Shown: in pieces, positions 49,455 through 63,095 of the stretch | Position numbering within the stretch: position 1 is the first letter of the stretch | How the letters are laid out: every line of letters begins with the position of its first letter | From: Lama guanicoe | Lineage: Eukaryota | Length of the DNA: 64,000 nucleotides | Assembly (NCBI GenBank): GCA_013239625.1 | Contig: MU057356.1 | Location: 23,749,182-23,813,181, forward strand | Direction: 5' to 3' | Translations under genes and position numbers: made by a program | The notes under the pieces: generated by a model | Databases searched by the model: none | Told to the model about the DNA's origin: nothing | Seen by the model: only the letters and a program-made list of their open reading frames with translations

Positions 49455-49880
49455 GGACCACAGTGTGGGGTGCATATTACAGAAGCCCCAGCACCCCCGC
49501 GGCAGCCAGCAGGGGTGTTCACCAAGACTCTGGTGCACCTCCATCCATGGACATGGTGGGACTATATTTCTCCTCCGCCTTGAAGCTAGATAAGGCCATG
49601 TGACTTGTTTTGTCCAATTAGATATGAATGAATATATACCATTTCTGCCTGGAAGCCTTTAAGAGCTCCTGTGGGGTTTCCCACATCCCCTTCCCCTGGC
49701 CGTGGCTGTTGGCAACATTCTACATGGGAGAGGCTATTGGCTTGGGAGGCTGGGTGAGGACAGAACAACAGAATTACATGCCAGCCCCAGGGAGCTTCTA
49801 GCAAGAAGCAAAAAAATAAACTTTTGATACTTTAAGCCATTGAAAATGTGGGGTTATTTGTTATCCTGCACATCCTAACG
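49455..49880 (+). mobile_element. MaLR LTR (MLT1J-like)
   Basis: ggccatgtgacttgttttgtccaat, gaagcctttaagagc, aataaacttttg..tttaagccattgaaaatgtggggttatttgtta. Confidence 0.75.
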
Positions 49881-51712
49881 ATACAGCTGTTTTATCGATG
49901 AAGACAGAGTAAGTGTACAGTAACAGATTTATCTGTTATAATCCAGATAACAAACAGAACGCTCTGGTAACCTTCTGGTTCCTGTTCATGCCATCAAGGG
50001 GCCGAGGCGCTCCCTTCTACTCTCTCCCAGCCCTGTCCTGTGGGCTTACCTCCTTCTTACTGTTTACCTAAATACCTCAAGTGGCAGCAGAGTGATCCCT
50101 ACCCTGAATCACCTCTGGTGAACCCCGGGAAACGTGAACATTATGCCGTACAACACCAGAGGAGAGCCAGGACACCCTAATAGCTCTCTCCTTAACCCCC
50201 TGGGAGCACCAAAATAGAAACGTAGACACAAGGGGATACAAAGCAGAGAATTCTAAGTCCCTCCAGCTCCCACCAACCCAGCTGTAGCTGTCGACGTCAA
50301 GCATTCAGCAACAAACTTCTAAACAGAACGCAATGGCGGCTTCTTCCAGCAAAACTCACAAATGAGGTAATCTTTTCTACTCCTTACTGTGGCAAACTAT
50401 CTCATACAACTTCAGCTGAACAAAATAAGAAATGGTCTCAAACAACACGCTACTGCTTTTTTCCCCTATTATTACAGAGAATTGTATCCAGGGTTCTCCA
50501 ATCCACATCCCATCTTTGATTGATCCAACAGTACAGCGAAGCCAGAAAGCCTAAGGCTGCAGAACCTTGCCGGCCACGACTTTCTGGAGGTCAGCATCAT
50601 TAGGAGCTTAGATTCTCCTGCAGCTACAGACCTGCAGTTTGAAAGGCAAAGGAAAAAAGACTGGGCTGAAATAGGATGGAATTTGTCCTTTTCCTGAATT
50701 TCATCTGGCACTGAATACATACCCTGAGCTTTTTCTCTAGGTTTCAGCTCTCCTATCATGATGATGATGAAGCAAATTTAAAAATCGATATAAATACTTG
50801 TGTCTACCCACATAAATCGGTGAAACTGCCTATATGCAAAAATGTTAAATAAAAGCAAGCAATATCATCACTACAACCACCAAGAATAAAACCCTTTAGG
50901 CTCATCAGTGCAGTTGGTGCAATCCAGGGATAAAGCTGTGAGTCATCCTGGACACAGACGGGCCAGAGAACTTGAGCCGTTGTTGGAAAAACCCTGTGCG
51001 ACGTGGTGATGCAAAGGAGCTTTATGGTTTTGTTAATGTTCTTCACTGGGTTTTATCTTACTCCACAGAGGCCACTGAGCCTTAATCATCACATTAGTCT
51101 CAGCTGTCAAACCTAAGAGTATTATAAACGCCATTCTGGAAAAATGCAATGCCATCAATAATTTGTTAACCCTCTCAGCCATCCTGGGAAGGGGGTCAGT
51201 ACCACTCTCTCTTAAAATATGCTAAGAAGTAATGCTGCTTTCTCAGGGTCTCACTGGATTGATTGCAAGTAATACTACTCAGGCTATTTCTAACCTCATT
51301 CTAAGTCCTTGCCCAGGTTCTCCCAAGAGGTGGACTGGGGAATTGAGCCAGCTAAACAAAGAGGCTCAGCACAAATGGACATGCCATTGACAAAAGCAAA
51401 CAGCTAGAGCAGTGTACCGAAGAATCTAAACAAATGGGAAAGCAATGGCGCTGGGGGAGGTCCGGGCAATGAGAAGGCATCCACACTACATCATTCAGTA
51501 TCTCATACAAAAGAAGGATGAAAGAAAACACTCCCTCCATTACATTTCATAAAACTATGTATGTTTCCAAGGGGTAGAAAATTCAGAACACTTGCTTTCT
51601 AAAGAGAAAGAGCTCAGAAACAGAAGGTCTATTGTATTACTCACTGCTGACCTACTTCACAAGGGCTTTGAAGCTTATTTTGATATATCTCCTTCTGTAG
51701 TACTTAAAAAAA

Positions 51713-51828
51713 TTTTTTTTGTGGGGAGGGTAATTAGGTTTATTTATTTATTTATTTTTAATGCTGATACTGGGGGCTGAACACATACATACTAAGCATG
51801 TACTCTACCACGGAGTTATACCCTCTCG
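51713..51828 (-). mobile_element. tRNA-derived SINE of camelid type (Vic-1-like)
   Basis: Minus strand reads gagggtataactccgtggtagagtacatgcttag...ccccagtatcagcattaaaaataaataaataaataaacctaattaccctccccac(A)n: an A-box-like head plus the characteristic aaacctaattacc tail. Degenerate TSD ctccttctgtagtactt / ctccttctagttactt. Confidence 0.8.
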
Positions 51829-52114
51829 CTCCTTCTAGTTACTTTTTAAGAATACAATTATTAAAATAATTGTTGGTACTAAATAAGAAGAAAATACACT
51901 GAAAGCATTAAATCAGCACTATAGATGATCTTTGCCATTTCCCACCAGGTGGTTCCCCAAGAGGCTGTCCTGTGTGGGTGCAAAGGCATGCACATGTCTG
52001 AACACTTGTCTGACTTGGGAGGGTAGAGATATTTAAATCAAATTAACTTGTGCCCTATTCCCCACCCTCTTTGAGATCCCCTCTGGGCAGCCTGGGCAGC
52101 TTAAAAAAACAATT

Positions 52115-52360
52115 CAGGATTAGTACAGCTATAGATTCCCACAAAACCTAGATTCAGACCCTGACTCTTGGTGTTTTCTAGCTACATAATCTCAGGCAAG
52201 ATATTCAAATTCCCTAAACCTCAATTTCTTCATTTGTAGGATGGGACTGTTGATAGTAACTACATCAGAGGCCACTGTGAGAACTCAGTGAGATAAAGCA
52301 TGTGGAATGCTTGCCCCACTGCCTGGCACAAAATAGAGCTAAAGAGGTGTGGTGATTATC
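52115..52360 (+). mobile_element. MIR SINE
   Basis: ctcaggcaag, cctcaatttcttcatttgtaggatggg, gtgagataaagcatgtgg, tgcctggcaca. Confidence 0.8.
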
Positions 52361-52411
52361 ACTACTGGTACAAGCTAACAGTGGCGCCGTTAATCAACCC
52401 CCCCTGGAAGC

Positions 52412-52877
52412 TGTGATGGACAGGCTCTAAGGCGCCCACATGATCCCTGCATCTCCTTTGTGTGATACCATCTCACTGAGTCTGTGTGGGACATGTGACT
52501 GCCTTCAACTAATACAATGTGGCAAAGGTGACGGGATGTCACTCCCATCACTGCATTACATTATATAAGACTCTGTCTTGCCAGCAGATTCATTCTAGAA
52601 TCTTTCCATTGCTGGCTTTCAGGAAGCAAGCTGCCACGAATCCTACAACCACAAAGAAATTCCACAAACAATATGAGTGAGCTTGGAGGTGAACTCTTTC
52701 CCAGTTAAGCGTTCAGATGAACACTCAGCTCTGCCAACACCTTGACAGCAAACTTGCAGAGGACCCAGTTAAGCTATGCCTGTGCTCCTGATGCATAGAA
52801 ACTGTGAGATAATAAATGTGTTGTTTTAACTAGTAAGTTCAGGGCAATTTGTTACACAGCAATAGGAAACTAATACA
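52412..52877 (+). mobile_element. MaLR solo LTR (MLT1E/F-like), complete, TG...CA with 5-bp TSD
   Basis: Starts tgtgatgg, ends ggaaactaataca. Flanks gaagc (52407-52411) and gaagt (52878-52882). Confidence 0.88.
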
Positions 52878-54169
52878 GAAGTAATTTGCCTTCCCTATCA
52901 TATTGGTAGTGGGCTCCTTTGCTCAGCTCTTCCCTTCCCATCAGTATTGTTAAACTTCCACTTCCGACCATGTATAATGAGACTTCTTTTACTCAAGTAG
53001 TACCAGTATCGCCATAAATAATCACTCAACAGATGTTGAGCTCTCTTCCTTTCTAATGAACACAACAACCATTTATATTTTACATTTTAATCATAGCTCT
53101 GTAATATTTAGAGAGCTGGTAAAACTTAGCAAATCCATGGAGTACACATACCCAAACTTGCTCTTCCATGATCTGGTAAAGCCTCAAACACAAATCACTT
53201 ACCAAGGCACATAACATGGAGAGCATGGCTCAGACATTTCCCTGTTCTTAACTTTTCTCATCTTTATAATAGGTATGAGCCTGGCGGCAAGCCTGACCTT
53301 TTTTTTCTTTTTTTCATGTTCTTTCCCGGGTCCCAGTGTCTGAACTGGGAAGACATTTCCAGTGAAAGGAACAGAGAGTAATTTTAAAGTATATTTAATG
53401 TAAAGAATGCAAACAGGAGAGCCAACTAATGGTGCTCTGATGTAACCATTGGGGTAATACCAGCCATCAAAACTATTACATGAGAATGCCTTTACCATGA
53501 GTAAGTCAACAGGGAGCCGAATCAATCCTTGACACAGCAGACAGAAAGTTTCCCATTCACCTTTTATCATCCTCTGCCCAATCTGCTCTGTCTTTGTAGG
53601 CCTACATTTTAATAAATACCTTCTTGGTCATCTTTTAAAACTAAGACTTGGGTCCCTGCCAGCTTCTAGTTAAAAGCATTCACAATTACTTCTTTCTTAA
53701 AAAAAAAAAAAACTCTCCAATAAGGACTGTTAACAACATTTAGCTTTGTATCAACTTAACGCCATTCTATTATTTTCTTTAATATAAAGACAATCATTTT
53801 CTTAAAGAACAAACCAAAGAAACAACAAAAAAGCATTTTAAGTTTTAATTCACTAGAGTCCACTTCTGAAACATTATAATGCTCTCTTTCCAGTTTTTTC
53901 TATCACATTTTCATTACTTTTATAATCAGAAGGAAAACATTTCAAGTAAAGTTTTCATCTAAGTAAAAAATGAAAAATTTTGTCTCTATAACATCCTATA
54001 CAAGAAAAGAACATTGGTGTCCTCGTCTTGGCTCTGGTGTTAAGCTGTTCATTTGACCTTGAGTAAGCAAGTTAACCTCTCTAGGTTGCCTGTCAAATGT
54101 GGAAGCGGATGATCTCAAGTACAAAGGGTCTTTCCTCCCTACTCAAACAGTCTACAATGATGGGACATG

Positions 54170-57100
54170 AATTTTCAGAACTTTCCAAAGGTCATTCTAG
54201 ACCGATAACTGTGGTAGCCTGGATCTGAATCTCTGAATACCCACACAAAAATAGACAGAGAATCTACATAGCAAAACCCAATGCTTGGAGACAAGGCAGC
54301 CTCTTGAACCACAAAGTACAAGCAAGTAGGGGCAAACCAACAGCATCCACAAGTCCTGAATGGTTTCTGTGTGGGCGGAAGCACAGGGAAGCAACAAGGG
54401 TGATGGGCCTGAGAACTGGAAAACCCCAAAATAACCAGTAAATCTTCACAGGAAAGTAGGGAGGGCCAATTGGAGAACAGTGGCTAAAACTGGAGGGGTT
54501 TTTCCTGAGCCAAGAGTGAGTGAGCAAGGGGCCCACAGTAAGATCTGAAGGGGCTAAAAGCAGCTAGTCCCTATGAAACTTCCAAGATGGTCCCAGGACC
54601 CCCAAGAGGAGAAGCTGCTGGTAGTAGGATCAAAATTGAACAGGATGGGGGTCATAGAGACAAAGGCAAAGAACAGATCCAGGGAGAGGCAGATGGGGGG
54701 AACAGAGCCAGGAAGCGTCAGAAAGTAGGCTCCCATATTTGTGAAAACATGAAAACAACACAAGACTAATAAGCTCTATGAACTTAAAAAAGCCACCTTC
54801 AACTCTGTCTCCTAAAAGTTCAAAGAAATTATTTTTCACATAAAAATGAAAAACAGAAAAGTATTGAGGTCAAATTCCACATAAAGTTATAAGAAAGAAG
54901 AAAAGAGCAGAATAACATCCCCATAAATCATGAAAGCATACCACAAAATAGAACCTTCCCCACCCCACCCTCCAAAAAAGCACAAAACAATAGACTACTA
55001 TTTCAAAATAAGCTAAAAGACTTCAAGGAGATGAAATGACATAAAGCATGAAAGACCATAATTCAGAACATATAAAACTCAGAAAGAAGGTAATAGAACA
55101 CACACACAAAAGAAATAAAATTTTAAAAATGCATTTCAGAAATAAAGACTAAACCAGAAGGTACACAAGAGGGAATAAATATGACACACAAGCTCCAAGA
55201 AAAACAGAAGATGGAAAATAAGAAAAACAAAGGGAAAGGGAGAGATTTGAGACAGTGACAGATACTGAAGACAGGCAAAGAAGGTCTAAGATACAAATAA
55301 TAAGCATTCTTGAAGAAAACAAAAGCAAGGAAAAAACAATATTAAATACTATAATTAAAAACAAACTTCTCTGAAAAAAAAAAGATTATAAAATATAATC
55401 TAAAGAAAACACAGCAAACATGAGAATACCAAACCAGAATGACCAAGAATAAGAGTTACTCTAGTAAAATTACTGGAAGAAATAAAAAAAAGGAAGGAAG
55501 GGAGGAAGAAGGGGAGGAAGGGAAGGGAGGGAAGGAAGGAAGGGAGAAAGAGAGAAAGAAAGAGCAAGCAAGAAAAAAAATGCTATGAATGTCTAAAGTA
55601 CAAGTCTTGTGAGGGAAAGAATGGTGTATTACCAACAGACTTTGAGAGCAACACTCTATGCCAAAAGAGAATAAAGAAACATATTCAAGCAAAGAAAAGC
55701 TGAGTCAAAGGTTTTATATCCAGCAAAAATGTTTTTCAAGTACGAAGGGCAGAGACGTACTGCTATTAACAAGTAAGAACTTAGTGAAGATTATTCCCTT
55801 GAGTCCTCCTCGAGGAAATCTACCAGAGAATGAGCTGCAGGCAATAAACAAACAAATAAACAGAGGGACACTGACATAAAGACCATAGTAAACATCAAGT
55901 ATATAGTTTACTTGTAGAAGACTAAATGAGGACTGAAGAGGGGAGAGTGTGAGATGTGCTGGCCATATGGTGAGGCAGTGTGGACACAGTATAACTACAA
56001 AAAAGTGGGGGAATGAGGAAAGCGTAATGCAAAACCACCTTACAAATTCTTCTCAGTAACTCTTATGGCAGTATTAACATTATTATTTTGGGACTATTTG
56101 CATATAATATGGGATGAAGCAAATAAGTAATTATGGACTATTCTAATTCAACCATCCTCTGTTAACTTAAGAATCAAGATTTTTAGTGTGAAAGAAAAGT
56201 GATACAAATAAAAAACAGAAGCTAAGTAAAAAATACCCAGTAGTCTGAATTTAAATTAGAGAAACCAGTATGAGCTCCTGTGGTATTTTATCTTAAAATT
56301 TACACATACATACATAATGTAGATAAATAAAAAAGTAAATGAAGAATTTCCTGGCTATGTCTACGAAAGAGGCCTAAAAACAATGACCAACAAGAAGCAA
56401 TAAGCACCTTGGCACCCAGATTGTGATCCTGAAATACCATTTTCTGTTGAGAGAAACGAAGACTACTTGGAGAGTGTTTAATTGTAGATTTGGGGCAAGA
56501 AATGTACCAGATGAGCCTAGAATAACTACTAGGCTCATGTCAAAAGTATCAGGAGCCAACATGAAGAGGTTCTTAACCAGACAAAGATAGTATACCTTGA
56601 GTTCCCACAAGGAAAATAATTACAAGGGACTGAAACCCAAATACGTTTAAATCCATAAGTTCATAATATTTAACAAAATAATTGAACAGTTTCAGAGGAT
56701 CACAGGAAATCAATTCATTATCTTGAAAAACATTAAATGGAAAGAATGAAGCACTAATTCTGCTTTTCCTCTGTGAACTATACCATTGTTTTAACAAATC
56801 ATAAATGATGGGAAATGTCTCCATAAAAATACTCCAATTAATAACTGAGAACTGGTAGAAATGGTAGAACTAAAATATCATAGTTCTGTAAGTCTTGATG
56901 AATCAGTGAACTTAAGCAGGGAGTAACAAGATAGCTGGTAACATCTCAGAATGCAAGCCCACCAGATACTATGTGCTTCCCAGTGAAAAAAATAAACGCC
57001 CTCTACAGTCTTGCCAAAGGGACTGGCTATGACTCTGACTGAGCCTCTGGATCCAGGGCCATTCTGCAGGAAATACAGGGCACAGAGGAACACGCTGAAC

Positions 57101-57537
57101 TGCACCCCGGGTGAGCAACCAGCAACATCCGGACTGTGGGAAACTCTACAGGTCAAATGGCCAGGTTTAAAAGAATAAGTATGAAGCCAACAAACAACAG
57201 AGGAAAATCCTGTGGATGAAGAGATTCCAAGGAAATGCACGGCTCTTAAACGGGCAAGATTAAACTCTACTGTCTAGGGACATACAAACTCCAGTAATAA
57301 ACTGTAAAGAAACAGGAAATGTGACGATAAAAGTCATGGTAGCAGTCGCCTTGGTGGGCGGGAAAGTGGGATTGAGACGGGACGTAAGGAAGGACTTCTG
57401 GGGTGACTGGCAAGTTCTAATTCTTGACCTGGACAGTGGTTATGAGAATGTTTGCTCATTAAGCTGTAATTTGTTTTGTGGGGATTTCCATAGTTACGTT
57501 TCACCTTAAGAAACTTTTTTTAAGTTAAAAAAAAAAT
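54170..57537 (+). mobile_element. Ancient L1-derived element: ORF1 remnant joined to an L1MC/ME-type 3' UTR and A-tail, no ORF2 (HAL1-like)
   Basis: ORF1 CTD remnant near 55705-55840 (..VLYPAKMFFKYEG..). 3'UTR motifs ggcacccagattgtg, gaaatgtaccagatgagcct, ggactgtgggaaactctacagg. A-rich end at 57526-57537. Confidence 0.7.
55477..55580. repeat. Polypurine (GGAA/GAAA) tract
   Basis: Directly visible. Confidence 0.9.
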
Positions 57538-57558
57538 AACCCTTTCCAGACCCCTCAC

Positions 57559-57672
57559 CTGTGCCTTGGCCAGTTTCTTTTCCAGGAGGTCCCGTTCCCG
57601 CTCCGTTTGCTGCAGACGTTGATTAAGCTCTACTATGTCTCCTCTGAGCGATGCCAGGGCTGCCAAGTGGAG
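57559..57672 (-). CDS. MCC: MCC coding exon, 114 nt, phase 0-0: LHLAALASLRGDIVELNQRLQQTERERDLLEKKLAKAQ
   Basis: Acceptor ttctttctgtcactgcag, donor CAG|gtgagg. Translated by hand; not in the ORF track. Confidence 0.95.
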
Positions 57673-60559
57673 CTGCAGTGACAGAAAGAAGGAGCACAAG
57701 GTTAGACCCCTCAGCAGAAACTCATTTCCGCCCCTTCATTCCCTGTAATTAGTGTGATCACATAAAAAAGGCATCATCTAAAATGGGGCACCTTGGGTGA
57801 CATTAATCTCAGGAGACAATGGACATAAATCAGGTGTCTTACAGGCGAGCTGGGTACCATGGTCACCCTAAATATGTATCAGGGAGAAAACTGTTATGTG
57901 TGGGCAGTAGGACCGAATTTTGCATCATCATCAGATTAAAACAGAGAGCAAAGCTCATTCTAAGGACTTTCCCCAAGTTACCTCAGCAAGGATGGGATTA
58001 AGAGCTGGTGTGAACTGCCTGATTCTCAAGAAGCAAGGAAAAGGCAGGACCAAATTAGCTTTCACCTTTGGGAAAACATGCAAGTTGAATGGGGCAATTC
58101 AAATTTTTTTTCCCCCAGTTCAAACACCCATATTGCTTCATGTTCAGACAAACCAAGGGGCTGAATATTAAGAAAAAAGTGGGAGGGCTCATTGTTTCAG
58201 ATGCTCTCCTCCTCAAGTTGACCCATTCATTTTCTTGCCAGCTCCTCCTTCTTCATTGTCCCCTAGACTAGACTGACCAGACACTGCTTCTGTGCTAGCG
58301 TGCCTCTCAGAAGCAGAGCCAGAACTCTGTAAAATGCTGTGAAAAGATAAACCAAGAATCCATTGCTATATCCTTCCTTAGTCAGCTCTCCCAGCTTAAC
58401 TGGAGCTAGAGAGAACATTCGTCAGTGGATCAACAAAATGGACCACACACTTCTAGGATCTCAACCTGCTCAACCTTCATGTTCTGTGCACTGAGCTTCA
58501 GCCGCACACACACCTACTACACACGTGCCCGCTGTGGATTTGCAGGCTGATAGCTGGGACCATCTTTAAGATCTGTTCAACCATGGCTCCCGCAGCAGCA
58601 CCTTCCAACCTTCTCTGCCCTGACTCACTACTTCTCACCCGTCTTCACTGTCAGTCCCAGGGGGAGCTCAGACCATCCCCTAGCTCAATTTCACACTGCA
58701 CTTGAGTGAGTGACTGGAATCCAAGCAAACCCTTCCTCTGTAGGGTTTTTTGTAGCTTCTGCCAAGAGGGACTTAAAGTAAGGGGTGAACAAATAAAAGT
58801 GATCTTTGAAGATGGACACAGTAAAATGGCACGCAATTCCTCTTTGAGGATTTTAACTTCAGGTTTTGAAAAATGTTCTTTTCTGCAACCTGCGCCTCCA
58901 CACTGTACGGCTGCTGGGAGGCTGAGGGAGGGTGAGCAGGTGAGGAGGCACAGGGCAGGGGCCGGTGGTTCCCAGCAGTTGTTTGTTAGACTGTAACAGC
59001 AGTGAATGAGACTTCACTTACTGGCATTGGGACTGCAAACCAACAGATCAATAGCCGATCTGAAATCAGGAATGTTTGAAATTTAAAAAAGGAAATGTCA
59101 GGCAATCTGGTGGTATTTGCCTTCTCAGGTAGGGCTAGGGCTGCTCAGAAAAAGGTCACTTTGGGTTTCAGACACAGGGTTTGGGTGATGAACTCTCAGC
59201 ACAAATACCACAGTGTTCCCACTGCATGCTCTTTGGAGGCAGCTTTGCTCCCAATGTGGGTAAGAGGAACACAGATTCACTCCCTGAGGCAGCTGAGTTG
59301 CCCTCACTGCCTCTCTACTGTCAATCTGAGGATTTTCCTTCAGCGTCAGACACTGTAGTCTGTTACGTTCAGACTTGGGAGAAAAGTCACCACCTACTGC
59401 TGGTGAGAAGGATAAAATACGTGGAGAGCTGGCATGTTCTTTAAGAAATAGAGGAGGGGAAACAAGGATCCCATCTGTGTGAGCCTAGATGCGCCTCCTC
59501 TCTCAGATATCGCCCCTCCTACTCCTGGGGGAAAGGCTGACAGAGGAGGCTGCACACTCCACACTGACTTGGTGAACCTGGCCAGTTGGGGAGACACACA
59601 GAGGTCATTGCCATCACAGTCCACGGCAGAGGAGGGTCAGGAAGGGTCACTGCTGTGGAGGAGAGCACCACTCTCTCCAGACTGTGGGAGGCTCCATCAA
59701 TGTGCATGTGGGGCAGGTGCCTTCTTGTCCCCGGGGAAGATGCCTGCCCTGAAGGAATGGATCAGTTATCTTAACGTCAAGATTTCTTAAAAATCTCACG
59801 AATGTGATGGGCCCTTCTCCTAGAGAAGAGTATATATTTGGGGTTTATGCATGCGTTACATATAATCAAGTCGATGACACACTCTGGAATCTATCTGTGA
59901 ACTCTGAATTATGAACTATCTGGACTAGACGCCAGCCTGGGGAATCCCACCTAAGTTCTGTAGACTGAGTCATGGGTCATAATCACGGTGTCTGGGTGGA
60001 GACAAGGCCCTTGGTACATGACACTTCTCACTTCCACATGCGCAGGTCAGGATCGAAAACTCAGAGACTGACTTGCTTACTCCAGGTCCCACAGAGAGCT
60101 CAGCACCAGAACCAAGGCCACCGTTACCTTTCCTCACTATACAGTGTTGTATGTGACAGTAATTTTCAAGTTTTTTTTTTAACGTGAATGAAAACTTATT
60201 TCCCTCTGAACGTAAAAGTAATGAAAATGTAACACAAAAATTAACTGGAAAGACAGCATTCTAACATTTTGGTAGTGGCCTCTGGGTGGTTTCAAACATC
60301 TTTGGGATACTTTTTGTTTAATAAGGGTTTTTTTTATTTTTTTTTTTTAAAAAAAAAACAGGTTTTTGTGTTAAGGAACCAAGAGCTGTGACAGTGTTTT
60401 CTGCAGGTGAAGTCTGTAGCATAAAAGGGTTATTTTCCTTCCCTGCTGCATCTTCTTTCCATATCCACCAGCTCTCTTGATAGAAGGCAAACTCTTGGTT
60501 CCTGAACACAAAAGCCTTATTTATCAGCACCACACTCTAACCAACTCAGCTAACCGGCC

Positions 60560-60865
60560 AGTTGGTACAAAAGCCTTTTTGATGGAGGTCATATCGATTT
60601 TCTCTTCCTCCAGTCTTGCTGCTGGGACAATGATGTGATGGATGGAGCTCCAGCAGCCATCTTGCTTCATAAAGTTGTGGTCCACACTCTAGGAAGTGGA
60701 AGATGCCTGAACCCCTAATAACTTTGTTAAGCCACCCTATCAGTTTTGGACACCCTAACCCCAGACTTCCTTCTGTAACAGAATAGCAAGAACAGACTTC
60801 TGTTGTATAGACCATTATTATGTTGAGATACTCTGGCAAATGAAATTGATCTAATCCTAATTCAT
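60560..60865 (+). mobile_element. MaLR LTR fragment (MLT1K/L-like)
   Basis: gatgtgatggatggagctccagcagccatcttg, ccccagacttc, atcctaattcata. Confidence 0.65.
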
Positions 60866-60867
60866 AA

Positions 60868-61030
60868 AGAATCAGATAAACCTGGGTTCATATCTCATTT
60901 GTGCTGCTTGTTGGTGAATTGTCTTTGGACAGTTTATTTAATCGGTCTGTTACAGGGCTGTTGTAAAGGCAAAATGAGACGGCATTAATAAAATGACCAG
61001 CACAGTGTCTGAAACCGAGTAATCACTAAA
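60868..61030 (+). mobile_element. MIR fragment
   Basis: cctgggttca, tctttggacagtttatttaatc, cagggctgttgtaaaggcaaaatgaga, agcacagtgtctg. Confidence 0.65.
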
Positions 61031-62525
61031 CAAAGGTGCATTTCCTCTTTCCCAGGCAAGTTTTCAGTCAGCACCTTTCAAGTCAACAACCTTCTCAGGT
61101 GAAGCCTCATTAGAGGTAGTGAGAGACACTTTCAGATGAGTAAGTAACACAGTCCTGTCTTGGAGCAGCACATCTCCTGGTGGTTAACAGCACAGGAATG
61201 AGAGGCCAGAGCTGTCTTGCAGGATTCTGCTGAACTCCCAAGCCTTAAGGAGCTGACCGTCAAGGCTCTTAATTCTCTGCGAAATTTTAACCTGAGGCCT
61301 CAGTGAGGCTGGGATGGGACCAGGACACTTCCTATACAATTTTAGGTCTAGCACGTGAAGGATATAAATCCACACATACCTCATATTCCTGGAGATAAAA
61401 GGTACTAATTCCCTAGGCTGTTTTGAGCCCGGCTTCACATTCATTTTACACTGTGCATCAAAACAAAAGTAAACCGCCTGGGAATTTGGCTTCAAGACAA
61501 CTGTCAAAATGGTTGTTATTTTTGGATGAAACATTACTTGACTAATATTTCACAGTTCAGCTGGCTGTAAGAACAAGCTCGCTTAGCCTCTGACAGATCA
61601 GGTGTCCAGTCTGAGTGAGGAGCGAGCAGGGCCTTTGTGACAGCCTTTCCTGCTGGTTCCCCCTGGGCTACATGGATAAATGGGCCTCCAGTTACCTATT
61701 AGCCAGGAGACAGAGGGCTTCGCACTAAGATGCCCTTTTAAGCCAGCAGCCCAGTGACTCTGAGGACCCTCCAGGAGCATCACTGTGTATTCCTGGTTAT
61801 AAGGTGCTTCCTCATCTTGCTACTGCTGCAGTAAAAACAGCAAACACATGCCGGCCCTGTCCTGATCACCAGGCACCCTCCCACGCATCATCTCACTGGT
61901 CTCCATCACGCCACAGCTCTGGGGCCTACAGCAACGTGACGAATCCCAGTTCGCCGAGGGACAGGTACTCTTTCCAAGGACCACAGCTGGTGAGGGGGAC
62001 CCAGGACCGGAATCCAGGCTGTCAAACTCTAGGTCCACCACTTTACTCATCTTTCTGAGACTTGGGTCTACTCTTTCACAACAGTGTCTTCAAAGGGACC
62101 AAAGGTTTCCACAGTTACACCTGAAATGGAGGAAAGAGTACATCCCCAGGCCTCTATCCAGAGACAGGGACCACGGAGCATTCACGGTGTGATGGCTGAG
62201 TGGGCCCTCCCCGCTTTGTTGGCGGGTGAGCTCGCGCAGAGCAAACTGTGCTTGCTCTTTCTCCCTGCTTTCCTGGGTCTGAACACCTGAGGCGCTCCAG
62301 TATGCCATTCTCTGCCAGGGTACCTTTATTTCCTTCCCATCAGTGATGATGGGAAGGTCCATCTCGTCCTTCTAACTGGGCCACTTGCCTCCAGCGACAG
62401 GGTACATGCAGTTTTTGCTTATGGTTGAGTGATGACAGTGGGTATTGCCAACTTCTCTCACCTGATGAACTGTTCTCTTCATTAAAGGGGAAGAAGTGAG
62501 TGCAGCTGAACACATTCTTTTCCTC

Positions 62526-62763
62526 TTTTTTTTTTGAAGTATAGTCAATTTACAATGTTATGTTAATTTCTGATGTACAGCATAGCAATTCATTTATATA
62601 TATATACATATTCCTTTTCATATTCTTTTTCAGCACAGGCTATTACAAGATATTGAATATAGTTCCCTGTGCTGTACAGTAGGTCCTTGTTTTTTTATTT
62701 ATCTTATATATAGTAATTAGTATCTGCAAATCCCAAACTCCCAATTTATCCCCCCCCACCCCA
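62526..62763 (-). mobile_element. 5'-truncated cetartiodactyl-type L1 3' end
   Basis: Poly-T, gaagtatagtcaatttacaatgtt, ttgaatatagttccctgtgctgtacagtagg, gcaaatcccaaactcccaatttatccc. Same family as 18344. Confidence 0.85.
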
Positions 62764-62924
62764 CAAACATTCTTGACAGGTTCTGCACTAAGTGTTTCTA
62801 CACTTTACCTAATTCCTTCAGCAGCAGAGTCCTTCAGAGGAAAGGCAGTATCACAACCCCAATGCCAGGCTCTGGGAATATTTTAAGAATTCTAGGCAAC
62901 TCAAGAGTAACATAAGTCCTAACA

Positions 62925-63095
62925 TGAATAGCTACCGTTTGCTGAATGTTTGATGGGTCCCAGACACCTGGACTAAGCACACTGCATGCAGTATCTCACT
63001 GAACTGTCACTGCGATGCTAGGAGACAGGTATTACTGCCTCCTGACAAATGAGGAACCAACACATAGAGGAGGGGTAGGAAATCAGTCCAAGGGC
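62925..63095 (-). mobile_element. MIR SINE
   Basis: aatagctaccgtttgctgaatg, ctaagcac, atctcactgaact, acaaatgaggaacc. Confidence 0.65.

Larger units (their letters stand above)
1..57672 (-). other. MCC: MCC gene, internal part (6 coding exons, 5 complete introns; gene continues beyond both window ends)
   Basis: Six minus-strand exons splice in frame to LHLAALASLRGDIVELNQRLQQ...VQATGPSSPGRLTSANRPV, matching the MCC protein as I recall it. Intron lengths are 12015, 11209, 15021, 2353 and 16214 nt, all GT-AG. Confidence 0.97.

Noticed and set aside
49921-49938. Short hairpins taacagat-tt-atctgtta (also 27980-28000 and 47498-47517)
   Set aside because: 8-bp stems are expected by chance at this window size and have no supporting context.
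51770-51828. Possible tRNA gene
   Set aside because: The head is truncated and diverged, and it has an AT-rich tail, poly-A and TSD. It is a SINE, not a tRNA.
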